From Carcharhinus amblyrhynchos (taxonomy: Eukaryota): a stretch of DNA of 64,000 nt. Below the pieces are notes generated by a model. The model saw nothing but the letters and a program-made list of their open reading frames with translations, was not told the DNA's origin and did not search any database. Shown piece by piece: positions 13,001 to 24,962 of this stretch. The stretch spans positions 70,742,001-70,806,000 of the forward strand of contig OZ336876.1 in the NCBI GenBank assembly GCA_965287045.1, given 5' to 3'. The position numbers were made by a program, and so were the translations under genes. Every line of letters starts with the position of its first letter. The stretch's first letter is position 1.

Positions 13001-15375
13001 GAAAGAAAAAGAAAAGATTAATTTGAGTACAAAGACCACAGAAAAAAACCATCTGATGATAACAGACATTCTCAGGTAGTCTCAGATGGGATTCGCAGGT
13101 AATGAACCCATGAATTCACAGGACTTGAAATTGCTGATTGGAGAAGAGCTGAAAGTTAAGACTTTTCAGAAAGCAAGTGGGTGCAGAATGTGTGAACCTG
13201 AATGCTCAGTTGAATTCCAATTCAGATAGACGGTCTCTTCTTTCTTGCACAACCTAATATTTTAGAAATGGATTGGGGTGTGTCTGGAGCATCCCTGTTT
13301 CCCGCGGAATTCCACTCAGCTTTTCCTCTTTAGGCTGGTACCACTTCCTTTGTTGGCCTACCAAGCCTCAAAGAACCACTTTCAAAATGCAACCACTTTC
13401 AAAATGCTACACTTCTTCTCCCTGTGAGGAGATTTATTTTCTTGCATCTACATCTCCAGCTCCTTAAATTGGAAAATAGAGACATGCTGAAAAAGAGACA
13501 TATCCTTAAAGCTTTTTGTCTTGCATTTATTAGAGCAGACAGAAAATACCAAATTTCAAAGGGAACACCAATTCCATTTCAGAAATGGATTTGGGGCATG
13601 TTTGGAGCATCCCTGTTGCCCAGGCAATTCCACTCAGCTTTAGGCTGGTGCAGCTTCCTTTGTTGCATGAGACAAAGATGCTAATTGATTGGCAAGCAAA
13701 CTCTGACTGTTTGAGGTGTTGCGTGGAGAATGCAGCAAGGAACAATTGTTTCCCGTGCATTTGTTTAACTGAAAAAAACAACTGGAGAATATTCCAGCAA
13801 ATCCTGACTCATGCCTTCTAGAATGGACAGGCTTTGGAAGGTCAGTAGGCAGGTTGCTCCCTGCAGAATTTTCAGCCTCTGACTTGTTCTTGTAGTCACA
13901 GTATTTATATGGCTGCTCTAGTTAGGTTTCTGGTCAGTATTAGTCCTTTAGGATGTGGATAATTAGAGCTTCAATGCTGGTATTACCATTGAATGTCAAG
14001 AAGTGATGGTTGAGTTTTCTCTCGGTTGAGATATCAATTGTCTGCCATTTTTGTGGTGTGAATGTTACTTGCCATTTATCAGCCCAAGCCTGAATATTGT
14101 CCAGGTTGGACAACAAATGAGCACAAGCTGCTTTAGAATATGAGGAGTTACAAATGATACTGAACATTGTGCAATCTTCAGCCAATACCCTGACTTACGA
14201 TGAAGGGAAGGTCATTGATGACACAGCTGAAAATGGCTGGGCCTAGGACCCAACCCTAAGGAACTCCGGCAGTGATGACCTGGGACTAAGATGATAGACA
14301 TCCATCAACCATAACTTCCTTTGTGCTAGGTATGATTCCAACTAGTGGATAGTTTTCTCCCTTATTAACATTAACTTTTCCTATTGTTTTACTGGGGCTG
14401 ATATTGAGGGCAAGTCACTCTCACCCCACATCTTGAGTTCAGCTCTTTTGTCTATGTCTGGACCAATCCTTGATGGGGTTAGGGGCTGAGTAGCCCTGGA
14501 GGAACCCAAATTGAATGTCAGTGAGCAGGTTATTGCTGTGTAAGTGTTGTTTGATAGTACTGTCAACAACAATTTTGCTGATGATTGAGAATAAATTGAA
14601 GGGGTGGATTTTGGCTGTATGGAATGGTCCTGCTTTTATGGACATTTTATGCCTGTAGTTTTCTTAAAATATTTGTGAATGTTTTAAGTTAAACATTTAA
14701 ACAAACTCATTCCCATATTTTTTTACATGAAGGAAGAATAAAAAGATTTTAAAAATCCTTCAGAATGATGTATTTTTTGAAACTGCATATAGGATATTTA
14801 GCAATGAGTAAAAAAAAATCTGGGTATGGTTCAATTTCTGGCATCACCACTTCAATGTTGTCAGACAGCTTACCTCAAGGGCTGGAACTTTTTGATTCAG
14901 TTTAGTAATTGCTTTTAGTGGCCTCGTCAAGATTGGCAATGTTGTATGCATTGGTGGTAAAAAATAGAGCTAAGAGCTAAATTACATGCAGAGAAATCTG
15001 GTCTTGAATAATTTTGCAAAATAACATAACTACTGGCTGAATGGATTTTGATTAATGAACACAAATGTGCAATACATTTTTCATTTATTTTCCTCTTAGA
15101 AAGGCAAGAAGTGTCTACAGACTTTCCGGAATTCCAAGCCTGAAAGATTTGCTCTCTCGGGCTGCACAAGTAGAAGAACATACAGACCAGTATTCTGTGG
15201 TACATGCTCAGATTACCGTTGCTGTGTTCCTAACAAAGAAAAAACTGTGAAAGTAGAATTTAACTGCACTGATGGAGAAATGGTTATGTGGAAGATGATG
15301 TGGATCATATCTTGCAAATGTCAACAGACCTGTATTGACTCAGAGGACATATTCTCAGATCTGAACCTATTGTAA
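6769..15375 (+). CDS. CCN6: CCN family member 6 (WISP3), exons 2-5: 6769-7069, 9522-9776, 12728-12921, 15100-15375; signal-peptide exon 1 not located
   Basis: One domain per exon (IGFBP, VWC, TSP1, cystine knot); phases 1,1,0 consistent; WISP3-type motifs ([42 protein letters not shown]); tail-to-tail with TUBE1 as in human. Confidence 0.9.
9522..9776 (+). CDS. CCN6: CCN6 exon 3 (VWC domain)
   Basis: tttag|AT ACT CTT GGA; [36 protein letters not shown]...CCEKSIC; G|gtaggt. Confidence 0.92.
12728..12921 (+). CDS. CCN6: CCN6 exon 4 (TSP1 domain)
   Basis: accag|TT TAT; [27 protein letters not shown]...LCFIRPC; AAG|gtaaat. Confidence 0.92.
13830..14640 (-). mobile_element. Degenerate LINE RT fragment (CR1/L2-like)
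   Basis: [14 protein letters not shown] and [19 protein letters not shown] in minus-strand ORFs. Confidence 0.7.
15100..15375 (+). CDS. CCN6: CCN6 exon 5 (cystine knot, stop)
   Basis: cttag|AAA GGC AAG AAG TGT; KGKKCLQTF...[27 protein letters not shown]...FNC...[11 protein letters not shown]...LNLL TAA (not shown in the ORF track). Confidence 0.92.
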   Translation, partial: KGKKCLQTFRNSKPERFALSGCTSRRTYRPVFCGTCSDYRCCVPNKEKTVKVEFNCTDGEMVMWKMMWIISCKCQQTCIDSEDIFSDLNLL

Positions 15376-15384
15376 TACACACTA

Positions 15385-15513
15385 TGGTCGGCGTTTTATC
15401 ATCCCACCCGCCACGGCAATCGGAGCGGGCGAGAGGCAGACCATGCAAAGGTCCATTGACATCGGGTGGGATTTTACAGTTTTGGGATGAGTGAGGCTGT
15501 AATATTCTGCCCA
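15385..15513. mobile_element. Short MITE with degenerate GGGCAGAATTTT-type TIRs in the CCN6 3'UTR
   Basis: tggtcggcgtttta...gtaatattctgccca flanked by TA; related ends at 7531, 10710, 43205 and 51007. Confidence 0.5.
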
Positions 15514-15895
15514 TATATAGTTCATGCCATGTTTGAGAGCTGAGGGAAAGAAAAAAGCAATTGTACATGTCTCAGAAGAAGGTGAATTTGCTTCCACATT
15601 TCCACATTTATGCATCTAAATTATATAGGAGAGTAAGTTCTACAGCGGCAAAATGTCTGAGGATATATATCAAATGTCACAACTTCCACAAGACTGAGTA
15701 CCTGCTTCATTGTACAAAGACCTGTTTGCTCCATTGCCACTTTGTAAAATAGCATGGATTTGGATGGTATTTCTGTATAAGTACTTTCTTTGCATGTGGT
15801 ATTCTTTAAATTGAATTTCTGTTGAACTTTCTACAGTTCGGCACAAATTCTCTCCTGTAAAGTCAATTTCAAAAATGCCAAAAGAAGATAAAATT

Positions 15896-15901
15896 AATAA
15901 A
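15896..15901 (+). promoter_or_regulatory. Candidate CCN6 polyadenylation signal
   Basis: First AATAAA seen after the stop, about 520 nt downstream. Confidence 0.45.
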
Positions 15902-15904
15902 AGT

Positions 15905-17350
15905 CACTGCATTTGATAAGGTGCCACATCAAAGACTATTGCATAAAATAAAAACTCATGGTGTGGGGATAACATATTGGCATGGATTGAAGTTTGATTA
16001 GCAAACAGGAAACAGAGTTGGCACAAATAGATATTTTTCTAGTTAGTAGGATGTGATGGGGTCTCAACTTTTTACACTTTATGACTTGGATGAAAGGACC
16101 GAAGATATGGTTGCTAAATTTGCAGATGACACAAAGGTAGATAGGAAAGTATTGAGAGCTGAGGGAAAGAAAAAAGCAATTGTACATGTCTCAGAAGAAT
16201 GTGAATTTGCTTCCACCATTTCCACATTTATGCATCTAAATTATATAGGAGAATAAGTTCTACAGCGGCAAAATGCCTAAGGATATATATCAAATGTCAC
16301 AACTTCCACAAGACTGAGTACCTGCTTCATTGTACAAAGACCTGTTTTGCTCCATTGCCACTTTGTAAAATAGCATGGATTTGGATAGTATTTCTGTAAA
16401 AGTACTTTCTTTGCATGTGGTATTCTTTAAATTGAATTTCTGTTGAACTTCCTACAGTTCGGCACAAATTCTCTCCTATAAAGTCAATTTCAAAAATGCC
16501 AAAAGAAGATAAAAGTAAGATGTAAGGAGATGTAAGAAGATGTAAGGAGGCTGCAAAGGGACATAGATTAAATGACTGGACAAAAACCTGGAAAATAATG
16601 TAGGAAAATGTGCAATTGTCCATCTTAGCAAAAAGAATAGAAAAAATCTTATCTAAATGGTGAGAGACTGCAGAGCTCTGAGGCATAGAGGGACCTGGGT
16701 GTCTTAGTCGATGAATCACAAAAGGCTAGTATGCAGGTACAGCAAGTAATTAGGAAAGTTAATAGAATGTTATCATTTATTGTGAGAGGAATTGATTACA
16801 AAAGTAGAGAAGTTATGCTTCAGTTGTACAGGGCAGTAGTCTCCTTATCGAAGGAAAGATGCAAATTCATTAGAAGCAGTTCAGAGAACGTTTATTAGAC
16901 TAATATCAGGAATGGGTGGGTTGTCTTATGAGGAAAGGTTCGGTTTGTATCCTTTGGAGTATAAAAGAGGTGACTTAGTCAAAATCTTTGAGATCCTGAA
17001 AGGTATTGACAGATTGGATGTGAAACGGATGTTTTCTCTTGTCAAAAAATCAACAACTAGATGTCATTTTTTAAAAATGAAGGGTCGGTCACTTAAGAAA
17101 GAGATGAGGTTTTTTTTGCTCAGAGGGTCGCGAGCCTTTGGAACTCTTCCTCAAATGGCAGTAGATGCAGAGTCTTTGAATATTTTTAAGGCAAAGCTAA
17201 ATGGATTCTTGGTTAACAAAGGTGAAAGGTTAATGCTATACAGGAAGCATGGGGTTGAAGTTACAATCAGCTCAGCCATGATCTTATTGAATGACGGCAG
17301 TGCAGGCTTGAGGGGCCGAGTGGCCTACTCCTCCTAATTCATATGTTTGT
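15905..17350 (+). mobile_element. Degenerate CR1 LINE 3' half, interrupted by a copy of the CCN6 3'UTR
   Basis: AFDKVPH, VAKFADDTK, LSYEERFGLYPLE, RGDL; 3'UTR ggccgagtggcctactcct. Confidence 0.85.
16152..16514 (+). repeat. ~360-bp direct copy of 15533-15893
   Basis: ttgagagctgagggaaag...aaaagaagataaaa present twice with few substitutions. Confidence 0.95.
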
Positions 17351-17624
17351 CTGTAATTTTAATGAGCATCTTGATAAATAGGCTTCACATATGGACATTT
17401 GTAATGGTTACACCATATTGACAGGAAAATATATATTGAATAATATATATTGCAAATGCCAGATTGAAATATTGATTGTTTTGCACATTGATACACAGAT
17501 TTATTATTCTGTTCTCTAGATTCACTTATAGATACTCAGTATTTGGAAGTTCCCAACCTTGACTCAGTAATAGCATTTTGCCTGAGGCAAACAGTGTGGG
17601 TTTAAATTCCCCTCCAGAACTTTT

Positions 17625-18775
17625 CCATTTCCCTGGCCTCGCACCCAACCGTGGAACACCTAGATAACAAGGACACTTACGTCAGACTTCTATTTATTGA
17701 CTACAGCTCAGCCTTCAACACTATAATTCCCACAAAACTCATCTCATCTCTGTGGCCTGGGCCTTGGAAACTCCCTCTGCAACTGGATCCTGAACGTCCT
17801 AACTTACAGACCACAATCAATAAGGATAGGCAACAATACCTCCTCCACGATCATCCTCAACAGTGGTGCCCCACAAGGCTGTGTTCTCAGTCCCCTACTA
17901 CACTCCTTATACACCATGTAAGCCATATACACTGTGTGGCTAAATTCCCCTCCAGTTCGATCTTCTAATTTGCTGATGACACCAATGTAGTGGGTCAGAT
18001 CTCAAATAATGATGGGACAGAGTACAGGAATGAGATTGAGAATCTGGTGAATTGTTGTGGCAACAATAAGCTCTCCCTCAATGTCAACAAAACGAAGGAG
18101 ATTGTTATCAACTTCAGGACAGGTAAAGGAGAGCATGCTCCTCTCTACATCAATGGGGGTGAAGTAGAAAGGATAGAGAGCTTCGAGTTTTTAGGTGTCC
18201 AGATCACCAGCAACCTGTCCTGGTCCCCCCCCATGCCGATACAATAATTAAGAAAGCTCACCAATGCCCCTACTTTCTCAGAAGACTAAAGAAATTTGGC
18301 ATGTCTGCTATGACTCTCACCAACTTTTACAGATGCACCATAGAAAACATTCTTCCTGGTTTAATCACAGCTTGCTATGTCTCCTGCTCTGCCCAAGACA
18401 CAAGGAACTACACAAGGTCATGAATGTAGCCCAATCCATCACGTAAACTAGCCTCCCATCCATTGACTCTGTTTACACTTCCTGCTGCCTTGGGAAAGCA
18501 GCCAGCATAATTAATGACCCTACGCATCCCAGACATTTTCCCTTCCACCTTCTTCCTTCGGGAGAAAGTTACAAAAATCTGAGGTCACATACCAACTGAG
18601 TCAAGAACAGCTTCTTCCCTGCTGTTGTCAGACTTTTGAATAGACTTACCTTGCATTAAGTTCATCTTTCTCTACATCCTAGCTATGATGGTAACACTAA
18701 TTCTGCACTCTGTTTCCTTTTCTATGGAAGGTATGCTTTGTCTGTATAGCATGCAAGAAACAATACTTTTCGCTG
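17625..18775 (+). mobile_element. Rex1/Babar-like LINE RT fragment
   Basis: [60 protein letters not shown]; frameshifted. Confidence 0.8.
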
Positions 18776-19504
18776 ATCAACGATGCCCAGATTCCGTAAC
18801 CCCTTCTGAGGTTGATTGAGGGTAGGTCAGATTGGATCAGGAGGGGTTATCAAATCTGGGTCTATTCAAGTATGAACACAGGGGTTGGGTGTGAGTCACA
18901 TTGTGGGAGCTAGTTAAGGAGGAATCAAGGTTAGAGAAGGGGGAATCTAGGATTGGGGAGTCTGATAGTAGGGGCTAAGCAAATCAGGTTAAAGGGGAAT
19001 CGGACACAGGACGGGGAATCAGGGATTGGGAAGAGGAAGCAGGTGGTGAAGGCTAAGCAGGTCAGGTTGGGAGGAATCAGGAGGTTACCGGGGGAGTTGG
19101 CTGGTGGGTTCTTGAGGACTTCTGGAGTCGGGGGGGGGGGTGGTTGGGGGGGTGGCGGGATACAGAATCTGGGGTGTCGTTGATCACGAATCTCTCCTGC
19201 ATTTACTGTCTGCCATTGGCATATGTTGGAAACAGTTGCAGATTGATACTGTTATTGTTTAACTGCATTATGAAAATACCTTTCTTGACCATCAAGTCTT
19301 GGGGTGGTACTTAACCAGAGCTTCTGATTCAGAGGCAGAGACACAATCCATTGCACCAGAAAACCTTGAGGCTCTGCTATCAGTCGTAGTATCTCTTCAG
19401 AAGTACTGTTTAGTACAGTCTAACTCCATTGAATTAGCAAAACTCCAAAAGTTTTAAGTCCTCTTTGTGTCCTGCAGATATGTTACTGAACTAAGGGAGA
19501 CTTT

Positions 19505-20440
19505 GTTTTGATTTGATTTATTATTTTGTTATTGTCACATATATTAACATACAGTGAAAAGTATTGTTTCTTGTGTGCTGTACAAACAAAACGTAACGTT
19601 CATAGAGAAAGAAACAAGACAGTGCAGAATGTAGTGTTACAATCATAGCTAGGGTGTAGAGAAAGATCAACTTAATGCAATATAAATCCATTCAAAAGTC
19701 TGACTGCAGCAGGGAAGAAGCTGTTCTTGAGTCGGTGGTACATGATCTCAGATTTTAGTACCTTTTTCCCGACGGAAGAAAGTGGAAGAGAAAATTTTCA
19801 GGGTGCATGGTGTCCTTAGTTATGCTGGCTGCTTTACCAAGGCAGTGGGAAATGTAGTCAGAGTCAATGGATGCGAGGCTGGTTTACGTGATGGATTGGG
19901 CTACATTCATGACTTTTTTGCAGTTTCTTGCAGTCTTGGGCAGAGCAGGAGCCATACCAAGCTGTGACACAACCAGAAAGAATTCTTTCTATGGTGCATC
20001 TGTAAAAGTGGGTGAGAATTACAGCTGACATGCCAAATTTCCTTAGTCTCCTGAGGAAGTAGAGGCGTTGGTGGGCTTTCTTAACCGTAGTGGCAGCATG
20101 GGGGGACCAGGACAGGTTGTTGGTGATCTGTACACCTAAAAACTTGAAGCTCTCAACTCTTTCTACTTTATCCCCATTGATGTAGACAGGGGCATATTCT
20201 CTTTAATGTTTCCTTAAGTCAATGACAATCTCTTTCATTTTATATGATATGGAGGGAGAGATTATTATTGCTGCACCAGTTCACCAGATTCTTTATTTCA
20301 TTTGTGTATCCTGTCTCATTATTGTTTGAGATCTGACCCACTACGGTGGTATTGTCAGCAAACTTGAAAATCGAATTGGAGGGGAATTTGGCCACACAAT
20401 CATAGGTATATAAGGATATAGTAAGGGGCTGAGAACGCAT
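19505..20440 (-). mobile_element. Rex1/Babar-like LINE 3' fragment, inverted relative to 17.6-18.8k
   Basis: CVAKFPSNSIFKFADNTTVVGQISNNNET; reverse complement of the same family with an A-rich tail. Confidence 0.8.
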
Positions 20441-20849
20441 ATAGATTTCTACACCACACTATGCTTTTTATTGCAGATATTGTTGGTTCAAATGATAATC
20501 TGACCAACACATGTTGCGTGCCTTAAGAATTTTTTCATAGTTGAGTTAACTAAACACAAGGAAAACATTGAAGCCATATAGCTATCTACTGATGGGGCTG
20601 GATTCAAGGTTTAGGAATCTTAAGTGGCATCTAATTCTTGCTTTTTAATCAGGAAGAATTCTCAAGGCCAGCAGCCTGATGCAGATACAAAAGCTTACCT
20701 ACCAAAAAAGATAATGAATGGCCTCAGCAATTTCTGATCAGAGAACATAAAGTAAATAATTAAGTAACAGATTCAGCCAACTCCACTCAGAAAAAATGAT
20801 CAACAAAGAAAACTGTTCCCTGTAATGAGATCAAAACAAATTTGTCATA

Positions 20850-21215
20850 CAGGGCATGTGAGACCACATCCGGAGTACTGCGCACACTACTGGTCTCCTT
20901 ATTTAAGATGTAAATACATTAGAAGCAGTTCAAAGTTTTACTAGACTAATACCTGGAATGGGAGGGTTATCTTACGAAGAAAGATTGGGCAGGCTAGGTT
21001 TCAATCTGCTGGAGCTTATGAGGGCAAAAGGTAACTTGATTGAAGACATACAAGATCGTGAAACGTCTTGATAAGGTGGATGTGGAAAGGTTGTTTCCTC
21101 TTGTGGAAGAATCCAGAAGGGGGTCACTGTTAAAAAATAAGTTATCACCCATCTAAGACAGATTTTTTTTTCTCTCAAAGAATTGAGCATCTTTGGAACT
21201 CTCTACCTTAAAATG
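20850..21215 (+). mobile_element. Degenerate CR1 3' fragment
   Basis: agaccacatccggagtactgcgcac (RPHxEYC motif) and LSYEERL-like sequence. Confidence 0.6.
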
Positions 21216-21223
21216 AGGTCGTG

Positions 21224-21372
21224 ATGTGGAGATGCCGGTATTGTACTGTGGTGAGCACAGGAAGAAGTCTCACAACACCAGGTTAAAGTCCAACAGGTTT
21301 ATTTGGAATCACAAGCTTTCGGACCTCTGGTCCTTCATCATTCACCTGATGAAGGAGCAGCGCTCCAAAAGC
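21224..21372. repeat. Shark interspersed repeat with internal inverted repeat (Penelope-end-like)
   Basis: caccaggttaaagtccaacaggtttatttggaatc...tccttcatca/tgatgaagga; related copy at 52604-52702. Confidence 0.55.
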
Positions 21373-22935
21373 ACGACCTACCCTCCACAAAACCATGCTG
21401 ACTATCTCTAATCATTTCATTACTCTCCAAATAACTATAAATCCTATCCCTAGTAATTTTTTCTAAAACCTTGCCCACAACAGAAGTAAGACTCACCGGT
21501 CTATAATTCCCGGGGAAGTCTCTGTTCCCCTTCTTAAACAATGGGACAACATTCGCTAACCTCCAATCTTCTGGCACTATACCAGTAACCAACGACAACC
21601 TGAAGATCAGAGCCAGAGGCTCTGCAATCTCCTCCCTTGCCTCCCAGAGAATCCTAGGGTAAATCCCTTCTGGCCCAGGGGACTTATCTATTTTCAAACC
21701 CTCAAGAATAACTAGCACATCCTCCTTATCAACTGTAATACTGTCCAGTTTACAACCCTGTAATCCAGTGTTCTCCACAGCTACATTTATGTCCCCCTGC
21801 GTGAACACCGAAGAGAAATATTGGTTCAATGCCTCTCCAATCTCTTCCGGTTCCACACATAAATTCCCACTGCTGTCTCTAACTGGCCTTAATCTTGCCC
21901 TAACCAACCTTCTGTTCTTAACATATCTATAGAACGCCTTAGGATTCTCCTTAATCCTGTCAGCCAGTCTTCTCATGTCCTCTTTTAGCCCTTCTTAACT
22001 CTCTCTTTAACTCCCTCCTAGCCAATCTAAAGCTTTCTAGTGCACTACCTGAGCCCTCAAGTCTCATCCGGACATAAGCCTCCTTTTCCTTTTTAATCAG
22101 CGAATCAACTTTCCTAGTGCACCATGGTTCCCTAGCTCGACCAATTCCTCCTTGCCTGACAGGGACATACATATCAAGGACTCGCAGTAGCTGCTCCTTG
22201 AAAAAACTCCACATTTCGGACGTTCCGAGACCCTGTAGTCTCCTAGTCCAACCTATGCTTCCTAATTCTCTCCTAATAGCCTCATAATTACCCTTCCCCC
22301 AGCTAAAACTACTGACCCGAGGTTCCTGCCTATCCCTTTCCATCACTAAGGTGAACGTAACCGAATTGTGGTCACTATCACCAAAATGCACCCTAACTTC
22401 CAAGTCTAGCACCTGGTCTGGCTCATTTCCCAGCACCAAATCCAGTATAGCCACACCTCTAGTTGGCCTGTCAACATACTGAGTCAAGAAACCCTCCTGC
22501 ACGCTTTGTACAAAAACTGACCCCTCTAATGAGCTAGAGCTATAGCTATTCCAATCAATATTAGTAAAGTTAAAGTCCCCCATAACAATTATCCTATTAC
22601 TTTCACTCCTATCCAGGATCGTCTCCGCAATCCTTTCCTCAACCTCTCTAGAACTTTTAGGAGGTCTATAAAAGACTCCCAACAGGGTGACCTCTCCTCT
22701 CCTATTTCTAACCTCAGCCCATACTACCTCAACAGACAAGTCCTCATCAAACTTCCTCTCTGACACCGTGATACAATCCTTGACTAATAATGCTACCCCT
22801 CCCCCCCTTCTACCTCCTTCTCCTACTGAAGCATTTGAACCCCGGAACCTGCAACAACCATTCCTGACCCTGCTCTATCCATGTCTCTGAAATGGCCACA
22901 ACATCAAAGTCCCAGGTACTGATCCACGCTGCAAG
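21372..22935 (-). mobile_element. CR1 LINE internal fragment (endonuclease to start of RT), lacking a 3' end
   Basis: ORFs 22810..23046 (part), 21960..22766 and 21338..21976: [56 protein letters not shown]. Confidence 0.92.
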
Positions 22936-22983
22936 TGCGGGTCGCGCCCGGCCGCCCGGGCGCTTCTGGCCAGAAGTGAGAGC

Positions 22984-24182
22984 CATAAGAACATAAGAAA
23001 TAGGAGCAGGAGTAGGCCATCTAGCCCTTCGAGCCTGCCCCGCCATTCAATAAGATCATGGCTGATCTGTCGTGGCTCAGTTCCACATTCCCGCCTTCTC
23101 CCCATAACCCTTAATCCCCTCTCTTATCAAAAACCCATCAACCCGCGTCTTAAAAATATTTAGCGAGGTAGCCTCCACCACTTCAACGGGCAGAGAATTC
23201 CAGAGATTCACCACCCTTTGAGTGAAGAAGTTCCTCCTCAACTCCGTTCTAAACCGCCCCCCCTTTATCTTGAGGCTCTGCCTCCTAGTCCTACTATCCT
23301 TTCTGAGCGGGAAGAGTCTCTCCACCTCTATCCTATCCATCCCATTCATCATCTTACACGTCTCAATGAGATCTCCCCTCATTCTTCTAAACTCTAACGA
23401 GTACAAGCCTAGTTTATTCAGCCTCTCCTCATTGCTCAACCCCCTCAACTCCGGTATCAGCCTAGTAAACCTCCTCTGCACTCCCTCCAAGGCCAAAATA
23501 TCCTTGCGTAAGTACGGCGCCCAAAACTGCACACAGTACTCCAGCTGCGGCCTCATCAATGCCCTATACAGCCGCAGCAAGACCTCCCTACTTTTATATT
23601 CAATCCCCCTCGCTATGAAGGCCAGCATCCCATTTGCCTTCCTGACCACCTGCTGCACCTGCAAGCTGGGTTTTTGCGACTCATGCACAAGGACCCCAAG
23701 GTCCCTCTGCACCGTCGCCTGCTGCAGTTTTTCGCCACGTAATAATCCTTCCTACCATTATTCCTACCAAAGTGGACCACCTCGCACTTGCCAACATTAA
23801 ATTCCATTTGCCATTTCCTGGCCCATTCGCCCAGCCTATCTAGATCCTTCTGTAGACTCTCCACACCCTCCGCACAATTTGCCGTTCCACCAATCTTGGT
23901 GTCATCAGCAAATTTCAACACCCTACACTCGGTTCCCTCCTCCAGATCATCTATACAAATGGTAAATAGCTGAGGCCCCAGCACCGACCCCTGGGGCACT
24001 CCACTAGTCACCATCCGCCAATCCGAATAGCACCCATTGACCCCCACTCTCTGCCTCCTATTTGACAACCAATCCTCTATCCACGCTAACACCCTACCCC
24101 CAACTCCATGTCCCCTGACCTTCTGCAATAAGAGGTCTTGTGAGGTACCTTGTCAAACGCCTTCTGAAAATCAAGAAAGACC
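22984..24182 (-). mobile_element. CR1 LINE 3' part (RT to tail), sister of 48836-50461
   Basis: [28 protein letters not shown]; tail (cttatgtt)n; one frameshift near 23740. Confidence 0.92.
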
Positions 24183-24707
24183 CACTGGGGTCCCCTCCCC
24201 GCATCACCATGTAAGTGAAAAAACGATCAGATGTAAATACATTAAAAAATATAAAGAGCATATCCAAGAAAATCTGAAAGCAGCATTCACTGAACAGCAC
24301 TGTTCGATGCTTTTAAAATGTGAAAACAAGTGAGATCAATTCCTTCCAAATAGCTCTCATTTTACTTGGGCAAGATTATGCTGTTTAGTATTTTACCTGC
24401 ATGTTTTATTTACCTTTTGTTTCTATGAATCACTTAATTGATTTGACTTAATGACTGATCTTTACATTTACAAGGTTGACTAATATTATTTTCTATCTAT
24501 TGCAAATGGCCAAAAGTATTAGCTATCCCATAGTTTTTCACAAGCAGGTTATTATAAATCAAGCTTATTGTTTGAATGGAGTTCTGGACTAAAATATGAC
24601 AATCTGAGCTTGGAAGAAGTGCAATATGTCTTATAAACTATTATGTCATTTACATAAGAAAATGGAATTGGAAGAAGTCCAAACCATGATCCAAACTCCT
24701 GAACTTA

Positions 24708-24962
24708 AAGTTTAGGGTTTATTTATTAGTGTCATAAGTCAGCTTACATCAACACTGCAATGAAGCTACTGTGAAAATTCCCCCAGTCACCATACTTAGG
24801 CACCTGTTTGGATACGCTGAGGGAGAATTTAGCATGGCCAGTGCACCTAACCAGCATGTCTCTTGGACTGTGGGAGGAAACTGGGCGACCCAGGGGAAAC
24901 CCACGCAGACATAGGGAGAACATGCAAACTCCGCACACACAGTGACCCAAGCTAGGACTTGT
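24708..24962 (-). mobile_element. Shark tRNA-derived SINE
   Basis: Same core as 5064-5397 but with a different 3' tail. Confidence 0.7.

Noticed and set aside
6769-15375. Calling the CCN gene WISP1/CCN4 or CTGF because of the 10-Cys VWC
   Set aside because: CCN6-type motifs ([29 protein letters not shown]) and tail-to-tail synteny with TUBE1 favour CCN6.
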